Assembly (NCBI RefSeq): GCF_008831285.2
Contig: NC_045138.2
Span: 37,076,001 to 37,140,000, forward strand
Source of the DNA: Nymphaea colorata
Taxonomy: Eukaryota
DNA: 64,000 bases
Reading direction: 5' to 3'
The notes beneath the pieces were generated by a model. The model had not been told where the DNA came from. It was given only the letters and a program-made list of their open reading frames with translations, and did not search any database. This document shows, piece after piece, positions 34,357 through 47,491 of this stretch; positions within the stretch are counted from its first letter, which is position 1, and every line of letters starts with the position of its first letter. A program made the position numbers and the translations under genes.

Positions 34357-37271
34357 AAATTTGGCATCTTTTGTCGCTCTCTCAATTGAATTGGTTTGCC
34401 ACTTCCTCGATTCGAATTTGTTGTTCATGCAGGTTTTTGGAATGCACCAGAGCATGTTATGCCATATTGTAGTTAAGAAAATTTCTCAGTTGGTTAAAGT
34501 TATTCGGTTATGTTTTGATGTAAAATATCTTTTATGCTCAACAAGTTGACATTATCATCAGGAGAGGCAGCAAAAGCTTCCATACGTATTAAAAATTACG
34601 GTGATTAGTGATCGATCCTCAGAAATTCAACGATGAAGATCGAACCAAAGCAGTCTCAAATCGGACACTCACCATCTCTTTCTCATCTTCTGTCCACCAT
34701 AGGTGTGCTTGAATCAAATGGGCTGCCGTGTCTTGTGTGCCACATCAAGCTAAAGGTGGAAGAGACAGAGAGAAACAAAGAAGGGGGAGAAAGGAGCACA
34801 AACACAACCTCAGTCGTCTTGAAAGCCCACAGGACCTCTCACCCTCAACTCTTACCTCTCAGCATGAGCCGTTATTAGAACATTATAAAGTTGGATCGGT
34901 CTAGAGATCAGTGGAACAAAGCTGGTCAATGAAACCTCATTCAAGATCACTCCTCCTCCTGAGATTCTTGGTGGTTAGTAAAAAGGACTCGCAAAGCGAA
35001 ATATTGCACAAAGCACTCCTCCCAATCTGATATTGAAGGCCCTTCTGAATTGAAATGTTGAAGCTTCTGATAAGTTAGATAAAGATGGAATCAATGCTGA
35101 CCAAAAATGTAATGCCCACATGAATTGAACCTGAGACCTGCTATTCATGAATTGCAGTTGCACATTGGTTAGCAGAGAGTTCTTTATTTCTGCTCTCCGA
35201 AAGGCTTGACGTGAATAGATTCTTACCAACTGATGCCCCCTAAAAAAAATACATTTCGAATATCGAATTTTTGGCGCTCTAAATTTAATATATGTCTTAA
35301 GATTTCACTTTTTCCTTTGAAAAGCTGACCCTGAATAGATTCTTACCAACTTGTGGCAAAAAAAAGGATACAAAATCGAATTTCCTGACCTTTTCATCAT
35401 AAAAAATGGTTGATCAACCCCAAAGGGTGAATCGGCTTCATAGATGACCCACACTCCAAGCTGCAGCACTGTCAATGGCTGGCAGCCAACCGCAAGAGCA
35501 ACATGGCGATGACGCGAAGCAAATGGATTGACGCCTCAAACGTCATTCCGCCTGAGCTCCACGAAATCTGTGCCGCGAAACCTGCACAGATGTATCACAT
35601 GCGCAGTGCGGCCACCCCTCACCAACTTGCCGCGGTGGCTGCCAACTTCAACTCTCCTATCCCTAATATTCCTTCTAGGTGACAGTGGGTATGTCTAATT
35701 ATATGATAAATCATTGTATCCACAAAGTCATAGATACGACGTTATGTTTACTCTTCACTCTGATAAAACCCCCTCTTCATTCTGATCAAATCCCCAGAAC
35801 CGAACGGACAATCGAAATAGAAACTGCAGTTGCATGATCTAAAGTCACTCACACCAAGCAAATTCAGAGAAACAATTTTTCATAATTTTAATTTGATAAG
35901 CTTCAAAAACTTCAAAAGGTAAACCCATAGATACGATAGGGGCGGGCTTACCAGTTTCCCGAGCAAGAAGTGTTCGTTTGGTGTGAGGCATCCATAAATT
36001 TTGATGGTTGTTGAAAAAGCAGGCCCCTCATAGTGATGCCATCACAAAGTAAACATTGTTGAAATATTATTATGCCGCTGGTTGAATCGTTGATGAGGTT
36101 CTTATCTGTTTTTATACTGCCAAATGTTATTTGAGGTGAAACTTTCTTATGTAAGGTTTCTGTTTTTACATCGTCCAGGAGCTTTTCTATGTTGGGTTAC
36201 CATCCGATTAAAGAGAATGTTCCAATCCCATGTTCATGACATCGTTTCCTGGGATATAGTAGTATAATTCAGCGACTGCAAATAGAGTAGTGCTCAACGA
36301 TTTTGAGCTGTAACAACTGGGGCAACAAAAGAGAGCGCACCCTAGTCAATCCGTCCAGCCTCTGTGGGGTTATCTCAATGTTGTCATCATCAGAGTACTC
36401 GAACAAGACAACAGCCACCGAACTCAAAAACGTATATAATTAACAATTTAAAATAAATAAATAAAACAAAAGAAGGGGAACGGGGACACCTCCTGCCACC
36501 ATCACCGAATGAGATGTAAGGATTTTTTTTTTTTTTTGGGTGATGAAGCTCCAAAAGAACTACTACGCAAATTTTGGTCAGAACAGAGGAGAAAACCACG
36601 GACAAACACCGTTCATCCCTATCCATGAAACGGACAAGAACAAACCCGTTTGCGGGCTTGAGAGATGAAGACAGGACAGTCATACAAACATAAGCTTGGC
36701 CGGAAATAGAAAAATTACATTAAATTCAAGTTATTTGTTATGAATTATTGAAAATTTGAGTGGAAATGCAGCGACAGTCAGTGAGAAAACTACAAAATGC
36801 TATCACGAAGTAAACAGGATAATGCCCTTAATGCATTTGCTGAAATCACCAATCCTGTCTCCCTTTTTCTCTCCGTCTTTCAACTTTGGGACCATATACA
36901 AACAACAAAGCCGCGTTGCAGACAACCGACGAGACCTAGGCAGACAACAGTCAGTAACAAGAAAAAGACTGAGCAAAACTTTCTTTTTCCCTCGAAGGAA
37001 AATGTAGGGGGTCCGTAACAGCAATATGTATAATAAAGGGCCTGCCACTTCTGGCTTCGACCAGAAATACATATTTGCTGGTAACACCACATTACATTAA
37101 TATATACACACAAAAAAGAAAATTTCCACCTGATCCTGGACACCCTTTGTGCCACTTTTCTCAAGGGAACTCCAACATATCTTTCCTTATGCAGAGAGAA
37201 ACCAAAAGTCACTTTGTGACCTGAAAGGTTTCGGGCAAGGGGAGGGAAAATGAACAGTTTTCCTGAAGTTG

Positions 37272-39396
37272 TCACACCTGCACCAACAATGCTCCAAGCA
37301 GAAGAGCCCATGGAACCATTAACATGAAGGAAGCTGCATCAACAGCAGATTCTTGTGTCATCACCAGAACAGAATACAAGAGTTAAGGCAGTTGTGTGTT
37401 GTGAGTCTTGTGACCATATTTACAAAAACCCTGAAACAAGGGCAACGTCCAAGTGCTAGATGCACCCAGCTGAACAAATTGGTTGAATCAATTTCAACTT
37501 TTAGGAAATAACTTATTCCAGAGTTGTCAAAGAACCAAACAGCAGTGCAAGTTCTGAACACAAAGATAGTAAAAATAAACTTTGGTTGGAAAGTCCTCTC
37601 TGTGTATGTGTATGTGTATGTGAGAGTGTGTGTGAGAGAGAGAGGGAGAGAAAGAGAGCATACATGAAGCAGGAGATGGCGATGGGGAGGAAATCAACGG
37701 CAAGACCCGATTGGCATCACCTGGACTGGCTACAGGAGAACTTTCAACACTTTTGCTTGGAGCTGCAGTTATACTTGGAGGATGAACATGAGCAAAATAG
37801 ACTGCTCGCAAAGGTGGTGCTGCAGGAAATCTGACTGATGATGCAGGACGGTCCCCTTTTGGCTGCACTGATGCAGAAGGAGAAGTAACAGGGGCAACAT
37901 GGGCATTTCTTTTATGACCCAAGGAAGATCCAGTATGGCATTGGGATGGAGGCAATGCATAGCGGTGGTGATGAGGAGAAACATAATTAGTTGCAGGGCG
38001 AGGAGAAGGTGCAGAAGCTGGAGCTACATGAAAATTATGATGGTGGTGATGGTGCCCGTGGTGGTGGTGGTGGTGATGGTTTTGGTGAGGAGCAGGAGCT
38101 GGACTTGGCGAGCCATCACCACCAAGTGAATATGGAAGAGAAGATGATAATCTGACCTCCTTCACTTTACCAAAGACCCTGTGATTCAGACCAAGGTTTC
38201 TTTCTGGCGAATCAGTTATGGTTTGGGCCAACTGCTTCACCCTTGGTGCAGCAAGTGGAAGTCCAACTTCTGCAAAAATTGATGCCTGAACTATAACTGG
38301 AGGGGACAATGTAGAACCTTTTAAATTTGTCAATTTCACATACAAAGCCTGCAATTGAAAGACAGCTTTAATCAATGTATATTATCAACATTATCAGATA
38401 GAATGCATCAGAGAAAAGAACATAAATAAATGTCGACGCCAATGATTAACTTGAATCTTCAAAAAGTGTTAGGTGAAAAGATGAGGAAAACCTCATGCTG
38501 CCTGAGATGCAAGCCCAACTTAAGCTGGTTCTTCAACTCATCAAGATTATCTTGGATTTGGTATATGGGATAATTCAATGTGAAGTTAAAACGAACTTGA
38601 ACTTTCTGGAGAAGGAACACATGTTGGTCTGGAGTAATAGTTATTCCCCCAGGGAATTTCAACACCTCAAAAGACGAAGGAACCCCAAACATGCTTGGAG
38701 TCAGCTGCAGATTTGACTGCTGTATAACCAAAGATACCAAAGAGGACCTCAGTATACTCAACCCAGCAGAAGAAATAGGTGAGTCTTCAGCATATGGGAG
38801 AACACCAAACACAACATTTGTCCAGTTTGATCGAGAATGGGAGTGCAGTGATATAATAACCACCTGTTCATATTACAACGTCAGCCATAGCAGCTTGGAA
38901 CTGATCAAATAACTAGACATGGAAGGAATGCAAACAAAAACCAAACCGTGGTGTTCGGAACTCCAATTTCTCCAAGTATATCATATTCAAGCTTTAGAAT
39001 CGTAGATTTCGCACGCAGGAACGACACAGGCCCTTGCAGTTTGAAACTTGCTTCAATTTGAGCTGCAGAAAAACTTCTCTCAGATCAAAAACTTCCAAAA
39101 TATTTGGGTAGAGAATTAGACAGAACCTTGTAAAGGCAAATAATAACAAACAAGCGCACAATATGTTAATCAGTAAGTTCCTATCATTCTGTACTATGTC
39201 ATACGGACTCTTCAAAAAAGGGGCCGCACCCGTGTCGACACGACGCTGGTGCTGGTGCTGCTCCGACACGCACCCCAACTGCATCCTTTCTTATGCAAGT
39301 TCAAAATATTTTCCTTTTTTTTTCTTCTCCCTGTCCCTTTCTTTCTTTATGTATAGTAATAAAAGTGAAAAGACAGATTAAGCTAAGAAACAAGCT

Positions 39397-39457
<61 letters not shown>

Positions 39458-41251
39458 ACCTCGCTGCACCCTTGCACAGAAATTTTTTGGGATACGTCAC
39501 ACCGGCACCCACATCCGCACCCGGCACTCATGTGACATAGATTCTGTATGTATACACTCAGAGGCCCAGTTAACCTCATATTGCTTGGTGTAGTTACTAA
39601 AAAAGAAGACCAGGAATGTACTAAAAGAAATTCTAAATGAAACCAAGAAAACTGGAGGTTTCACTTTTTCTCATATATCTTTGTTGATGCTGCTTCCAGT
39701 TCTAGAATCAAGGACAAACAGTTCTTCTAGGAAATTATGGAACCAAGTCATTATCAAACTTTAACAACATAACCACCAATAACACACATGAAAGAATTAT
39801 ACAATCCACAGATTCCATCATCACTTTTCAGATAATCATCGACTGTTGCTTGTGTACACAACTTTTGAGCCTCATAATGCAAGAATATATTAACCTTATG
39901 TATAATTATTTTATTTAATCTATTATAGAAACTAATGGAACTAAGCGTAAATCACATCTACAGTGACGCCACATTACTTGTCAAAGCAGCACCCCAGCAT
40001 GGATGATGAAATGGAAGAGAACAAAGAGTTCTCGGCCTCTGGCCAAAGAAAAAATTATGAAAAATAGATAAAGTTCCAACACACACAAAGAAACAGCAGC
40101 TCAAAAAAAACATGAAAGGAAAACTGTCCAAGAAAAGGATAACGCAGGGCACAATAAAATGAAAAGGTGAAAAATTGGTAAAACAGTCCAAGAATGTGAT
40201 AACAGAATTAAGTTGATATATTACATGACTAACAACAAGTGAACAACACACGACCAACTTGAAACGAACTGAAGTAAAGTTCATTCCTCAAGACCATAAA
40301 ATAGTTAAAACATGGATGCTTCATATCTTACAACATCCTAGGTTATACAGATGAAATAATAAAGAATCTACTTGATAAATAAACATAGGATATTAAAAAG
40401 CCCATGCTCTTAATGAAAATATGCATATAAAAAGTAGAGGATGCAGCAGCTACCTATGTAAAGGTGGCTTCTAACATCAAGATAAAAGAACTTAAGTGAT
40501 TTATTAACAACGTGCAACGATTGTTACTTATCAACATGGTTACTTGAACGTTGGAACGCAAAATATCAGACAAAGAATCGTACATTAGGACTGTTCATCT
40601 AATCACTATAACAGACATAACTTGCCACACAAGAATGTAGATGTGCAAAATGACATCTTACTCAAGATATATCAATCTACTGGATAATTAGGAGTTAGGA
40701 CAGATATTTAGTTCTACAAAACAAAAAGATACTCCAACCCAGGGCCAGAGGTACAAAAAGAGTGGTACACTGAACTTTCATATAGACGATATCAGTGAAA
40801 AGAACCGAAACAAAATTTACAGCATCTGAGAGTTTCAAAGCTAGTTTATGTTCTCACTTATCTCACTTTCAAAGATCAATTCCATTCGACATGATGGAAA
40901 TTCTATAATTCTGTTCACAATATCATAATTAAATGTTTAGATTTGTCATTAAAAATGAGCAGCTCTTTTTCCTTTTCCTGTTTTTCAGCTTCTCTCTGGC
41001 AGACCAAGTGTAGCTTACAGCATCACCAGTTAGAGAAGTAAACCATGATAAACATATAAGTCTCAGCAGTCTAGCAACCACTGGTCCACTGTAAAACTCA
41101 AAAAGTAAGCACTAATCAATTCTGAAGTTCGTCTATAAAATGCACCCGCGTCATGTTCAAAAATCCATTCTGCTGTTTCTGCTTTCTCAAACAAACGTAT
41201 ATTTTTCAAGATCAATCCAAGCCAGCACTTGCAAAAGAAGACCGGGTAGGA

Positions 41252-41303
<52 letters not shown>

Positions 41304-42454
41304 TTATTTATTTATTTATTTATTTATTTATGAAAAGACGCTTGAACTACGAAACCCATATAACAAGCAATAGAACGAACAAAGAAATTTGATATTGAGT
41401 AGATGAACCATACTGTAAAAGTCATCAACCAACAGTAAATTTGGAAATATGAAAAGGAGAGGACATCAATATCATCAAATGGAGAAAACCAGACCCAGTT
41501 CAGCTGCCGGAATAAAAAGAAAATAAGAAAAAAGGGAACAGCAACCGCAGCCCTTAAAGCACGAAGGATACGTAGATATTACAAAATCCCAGTCCAATAC
41601 CGTGGAAAATCGGGAGGATGAGGAAGTGAGAAAGGAAAACTGGCGCTCCACATCAACTTCTTGATTCAACAGTTCGGAGTTCGATGGGGAAAAGGAGAAA
41701 ATTGTCCCCATTTCAGGGGCCCGGAAAGGAAAAAGAACAAGAGTAAAACAAAGACCATGAAGCAGAAAACTTAACATACATGATACAGGAGAATAACAAC
41801 ATCACAAGGAGAACCTTAAATTCCATGTACACATCGAATTACTGCGACTAAGGTTAAGACAACAGACTTCCAAGACCCCATAAACTCAAAGAAAAGGTGC
41901 TCGGAAAATGCATCCAAGTAGATGAACCTACGTTTCAAAACCAACCCCTGAACGGAAATAAGAAAAGGGAAAGGAGAAAACCAAAACTTGTTGGAAATTA
42001 AAGAAACCAAGAAAATCAACAATGCAGATGACTCCAGATTCCAATTCACCAAATGCAAACCCTCAAATCAAACTCTTCAACCTCCGGAAGCAGAGATCCC
42101 AACCCATGCCCCTCCAAATCACCACACAACACTTATAAACCCTTCCTCCTCCCAAATGCAGCTCATAAGCCAGCAAAAATAGAAACCAAAGCACACGATC
42201 TTACCTCCGGAACGCCATAGTACCAGATCCTCACGATCAGCCCCCCGGATGTAAGACAGCAACCAGAAGACCGAGGAGACGATGACGGCGAGACTGAAGA
42301 TGACGGAAAAAAAGCACTTGAGACTGAGAAACCGGCAGATTGCCCTGGATCTACAGCCGCGGCCTCTGCGAGGATCGGTGGAACTCGAATCGGCTGCCGA
42401 CAACGACGACGAAGACGACGTCACGGGAACCCCTTCCTCGTCGAGCTTCCCCAT
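37272..42454 (-). CDS. Pro/His-rich membrane protein of the plant 'hydroxyproline-rich glycoprotein-like' (DUF7036-type) family, 5 exons, ~494 aa
   Basis: Exons 42454-42205, 39062-38947, 38863-38492, 38348-37664, 37333-37272 (GT-AG, frame-consistent). MGK start, TM helix CFFSVIFSLAVIVSSVFWLL, family-like motifs FEVLKFPGGIT, FNFTLN, GSTLSPPVIVQAS and NLGLNHRVFGKVKEVRLSS, SPSPAPAP, poly-His, hydrophobic C-terminus. The family name is from recall, not a search. Confidence 0.85.
39194..39540. mobile_element. hAT-type MITE with perfect 8-bp target-site duplication, in intron 1 of the DUF7036-like gene
   Basis: TIRs CTATGTCATACG...CATGTGACATAG. TSD ATTCTGTA at 39186-39193 and 39541-39548. Internal GCACCC subrepeats and (AT)n. 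Confidence 0.85.
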
Positions 42455-44635
42455 GGCAGCGCATCCTCCGGGCCAAAATCACCTTCCCCGGAGTCTCAGC
42501 TCCCACTAAAAAGTGCTGCGGAGGCGGAGCGGTGGCGGAACGGCTTTCCGGCAGACGGCGTCTCGCTGGGGCATCGGCCGTGTTAGGGCAAAGGCGCTCC
42601 CTGCGTCGGCTGCTTCCACTCTAAAGCGCCCATTTTTTTAAAAAAGGAGAGAAAAAAGATGAAGAAATTAAGCGCTCTTTATTGGAAGAGAGGACGAGCT
42701 CACTTCACCCTGTGTGCTGTACACTCAATTTTTTTTCCTTTTCTTCAAAAAAACCAATATATTTTAAATGAAAGAGAACGAAAACCAAAAGGAGGAAGGA
42801 TTCCGGATCCCTGAAATGACCTAATTGCCACTGTCTTCTGGCTCCATGGACAAACACAGGCCTCCCAAACGAATCTCCTAGCTTTTGTTTTTTGGAGGAA
42901 CAGAATATTACGCTGAACTTTGGCCTTTTTATTCGTACAAATGACCAACTCGTCCCCCAATACTGGGGTATGGATCTGGACTTACATCCTTTGGACCCGA
43001 TTTTTAATGTGATCTGCGGTTCCATATTATCGGATCCTGAATCAAGTGGTAATGTGCCCTTTCACATGCATACCAGAAAATCTCGACCCAATCAAGAGGC
43101 TGAATGTGAATATTTAAATGTTATTTGTAGACATGATAATATTTTGAAAAGTACAATTGCCAATTATATAGCACTCATATGATTAGTTAATTATGAGTTC
43201 AAACATCACTGTAACTTTTATGGATCCACGTTTGGATTTAAAGACCCTTTACTTTAATACATGGATATGGATCTACATTTTGGTTCTATCCTACACAAAT
43301 CAGATGCGCACATGAAAGGGTCAACAGCTTTTACCATAAGTTTTGCTATCAAGATCCGGGACCCGAAAGAGAGGACACGTTAGTACTTAAAGGTGGATCT
43401 TATATTGAGTGACGAAAGTAGCCCTTGCGTTTTTGGTGACGTCCAGCTAGGCGCAAAACAGTCTTATCACCTGTGCCTTTATTTTAAGTTTTCAACTGTA
43501 GCGTAGAATGTAAATTAAGTTTATTCTGTGACAAATGACATTACTACCCTCAGCCGGAGACACGTAGACGGTATAATCCAAGCGAGCTTCCCGCGTGCTT
43601 TCGGTTAAAATTTGGAACCTTTAGCCGAAAAGTCAAAGGGCAAGGCCAGTTGGTTTCAAATTTCGAGTATATTTTCGTCCACGAGTAGAGAGGGGCACGC
43701 CTTTCTTATCCCCGTCCCAGTAAATTTCGCCTTCCTATATTTCCGGTAAGCTGACAAAAAAAAATTATTAATTTCCATTTTATACCCTCAGTAGTAGAAG
43801 TGCTTGCTCTTCGAACGGGGACCATTTGGTGAATGTTGCAAAAGACGCGTCCATTTTCGGTGGGTAATGATTCGCGCGAAGACTTGCTAAGGCAGAAAAG
43901 GTCGCGCGGTGAAAGGGACGCTAACCAACGATCCTTCCTTCGAAAGCACCAACGGTTACTTTTCCTTACCCGCCGCGCGTCACCAAAATCCATGGTCAAG
44001 TTCGTGAACTCGGGATTTTGTGCCGGCCAGGAGCTGAATTTCACGATTCTCGACGCTCGTTCCGCGGCAAAATCACGGAAGTTCGTGATATTGTTTGTGG
44101 TTTGGGTGACGGGTTTTAGTGGTTGGCGCCGATCGTTCGTGAACTCAAACGCGCTCGCTATGGCAAATGCGATTAAGTTCGTGAATTTGGTTCGGAACGA
44201 AATGGATACCGAACTTTCTAAACGATGAAGTTTGGTTGAATGGCCGACGGCGTTCCGTTCCTGGCAATTTCACCGCTGGGGTTAATTTTGTCTGAGAGAA
44301 CCGAGGGCGTGGTTAGTTCCGGCATCGGAATTTTATGGTCACAAGTGAATTTATCGTATTTGTTTATTTGTGTTTTATGAGGGAGGGGATGGGTCCCGCA
44401 TGCATTATAAAGATTCACATGCTGCTTCCGCCCCAGTATTGAAACGGCCCGTGAATTCTTTAAGAAGGAGAGGTGGCCGGATGTTCCCAGTGGAAAGTGG
44501 GTGAACGGAAGAATCAGATAATATTTGCATTTTTTATAATGCGTACAAGTGTTTAAATGTCATCATTTGAATCAATTTTTGGTAGGACAAATATAGATCC
44601 AACAACTTTAATGATGCATTCTAACTATCTCTTTA

Positions 44636-44671
<36 letters not shown>

Positions 44672-46389
44672 ATAATATGTGTGTATTTATGTGATAAACT
44701 ACACTGTGCACTTGCAGGCAATTTAAACGATATTATGTGCAAAGGTGCTTTAAACCCACAAATCAAAGTTTGTGTTTTTTGTTTAAACAATGTTTAACAA
44801 TAAAAGTTTTGACCATAAAAATTATCAAAATTTAAAGTTATTGTCCATGTGTCAATAACATTTACGCCTCATAAAAAATTTGGCTAGTCCAACCAGGGAT
44901 TGGAGAAATGTCTCTCGTTCGATTCTTGTAAGCATCAACACCCAGCACAAGGTTAAGTTACTTTTGATGTGTAATTAAACCTTCACATATACATACATCA
45001 CTTATGCACCTTATAAAAAACATATATGATGGATGTTATTGCAAGCCTAAGCATGCGCTTTTCATAAACGGTACACGTTTCCCACTGGGGTCATTTGGAG
45101 GGTTTTGCCCTTCTGTTTTTATTTTTTGTAAAGCACTTTACTGAGTCCTATCTGGACCCAACTTATGCAACTTCCAATATTAATTTAACACCTTCACGAT
45201 GAACCCTTCTACGGCATGATGACACTTCAATTATCAGCGATAGTGAAGAATCAATGCTCGCAATTTATGAAAGTGGGGTTGAATTAAATATCTCATAAAG
45301 AACCACGTCCCAGTCAACTTTATCATGTGAATTTAGTAAATGGATCGTATTAAATTGTGCCTCAAAAGCTACTCATCTCATGCGTTTGAAAAAGAAGAGT
45401 AGATTATTGTTTAGATAAAACGGTAATTAACTGGACCCCCTCTATGTGAATAGAAGAAGCAGGATTTGGTTTGTTAAGTCGTCGGTTTAAATTTGAGCTG
45501 TTGTCTCTTTGCAGGCAACGATAAGCAAGCACCTCCACATTTCAAACTGTGTTGAAAATTGATTCTTTGTTAATTAAAAAACCATGTAACTTTATTTATG
45601 TCAAATCAACTGTTGAATTGTTGAACGTTAACCTATGGTAGAGCCAGGGAAAAGCTTGGCGAAACAGCGGCGGATTCTCCGTCGGTGGTTAAAGGTGCGG
45701 TCTATATGGCTGGATTGGATCTGGCCTTATTGTCATTTGCAACCTGTATGGTTTTTTTTTTTTTTTTTTTTTTTTTTCACGAGTGGTTCATTCCATCTTC
45801 CTTCAAAGAGGCCATTGCCTCTTTATGTGTCTGTACTTTATAGGTTTTCACAGTACATGTTTAAAGACATTTTACGGTTCATAGGTAAAGCACATTGGGA
45901 CATGACAGTGACTACTTCAATAGTGGAACCTGAATCCTTAAAGGAGCCAGACTACCATGCCATCCAGTACAGTACCACCTTGCCGCCCATATGATTTATA
46001 GAGGGCATTCCGTAATGCGAATATTTTTTCTAAAACATGATATACTAATGGAACACTATGGTTGTGTTTCTCTATTGTAGATGGTAAATCTGTAGTGATA
46101 TGAGATCCCCAATGATTTTAAATTAATTGATTTAAAGTAGACTTGCTTCTTATATGACCTTAAATGTATGTTTTGTATTAATATATCATGGATTTGAGAT
46201 CTATGTTGTTGATATCTGCTGTTTCTTTAAAATGAGGACCTTCCATAGCACAACTTTTAGAGCAACATTGGATTTCACGTCCGAGACTATCAAACATGGC
46301 CTATGTTCTAAACAATGCAGTTTTTTTTTTTGTTACCAAATACCCTCACATGGCAGTTGTCCAAATGTAGCTCTGCCACTAGCTTTGAA

Positions 46390-46603
46390 CAAAAATAGAG
46401 CTAGGGGGTTGGCAGGGGCCATGCCTCTTCCCCTCACTTTTTGAGCATTTAAAAATTATATATTGAAATTTAAAAAATGAAAGTTTGGCCTATGTATAAC
46501 TTTTGAAAATAGGTGTTGACCCATGTGAAAATTTTCAAAAATTATATATAGTTTGTTGCATGATCATTCGGCCCCCAAGGGCAAAATCCTAGCTCCGCCC
46601 TTG
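46390..46603. mobile_element. Degenerate hAT-type MITE (CAGGGGCGGAGCT..AGCTCCGCCCCTG class)
   Basis: Right end CCTAGCTCCGCCCTTG, eroded left end CAAAAATAGAGCTAGGGG. Flanks GCTTTGAA / GTTTTGAC match 6 of 8. Confidence 0.6.
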
Positions 46604-47079
46604 GTTTTGACCCCTACAAATGACATGAAAATATGCTCAACCTTAGGATATGCTTAGTTTAAAAACATGTAATTGATATTTTCTTTTTAATAGAAAATAG
46701 TTTTATGTCACGTATTTGAAACAAACCATAAGAAAGACTGCTACTGGTTGTACATTAATTAATGTGACTGCATGTTAAGATGGTATCTGAAAACTAGTTA
46801 TGATCGCGAAATGTATTCGTATTGAAGACGTCGGAATCGTTTATATCGTCAACTCAACTTAAGTTGGACGTCATGAGGTTTTCTCTTATTGAATCAGCAG
46901 AAGTTAAATACGTTTTTAACGGTTTCAAACAGTTAACTACGTGATTTATTCGGCCAAATCTTTGTCAGTGCGTGTTAAAAAATTTCCCCTATTGTTGCAG
47001 CTCTCATGTCATTGAAATGAGATTGGCGATCCATCGGTAGTTGATTGACACGCTTGGTGTGTTATTTATTTGACCTTAA

Positions 47080-47491
47080 GAGCTTGTTTGGTAGGAGGGA
47101 AATAGAGGGATTGAGCAATCTCTTATTTGTTTGGTTTGCTAAATTAGAAGGGAGAGAAATGTACAAAATGTGTTTGGTTGCAAGGGGAGGGAAACGAAAA
47201 GAAATGAAAGGGAGGGACTGTTTAGTGTAAATCTATTCAATACCAAATCAAACGGATTGGGAGGGAAATAAAAGAAATGTAAGTAGAAGAGTTTTTTATT
47301 TTCATACTATCCATCCTTTCTAAATCCATGTGTTATTTAGTATTTTTTTTCTATTCATTTCCAATCCCTTTATATCCAAACAAACTTTTTAATCACTCTT
47401 TCCATTCATTTCCATTTCATTCATTTCCCTTCCCTTTCCTTCCCATTCCCTCCCTTTCCATCCCTTCATTTCCCTCTAACCAAACAAAGCT
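47080..47491. mobile_element. Tourist (PIF/Harbinger-type) MITE
   Basis: TIRs GAGCTTGTTTGGTAGGAGGGAAAT / ATTTCCCTCTAACCAAACAAAGCT. TAA target duplication at 47077-47079 and 47492-47494. Purine-rich left half and pyrimidine-rich right half. Confidence 0.85.

Noticed and set aside
33560..35230. Several 60-100 aa ORFs and exon-like purine-rich DNA
   Set aside because: No recognisable domains and no consistent splice model.
40029..40049. TTCTCGGCCTCTGGCCAAAGA resembling the U2 snRNA 5' end
   Set aside because: Similarity stops before the GTGTAGTA branch-pairing region, and no Sm site or USE promoter is evident.
43706..44228. Overlapping 112-aa and 131-aa ORFs over the GC-rich hairpin
   Set aside because: No recognisable homology. 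Open frames are expected in GC-rich palindromic DNA.
44881..44935. GTTCGATTC B-box-like motif suggesting a tRNA or SINE
   Set aside because: No cloverleaf, a weak A box and no TSD.
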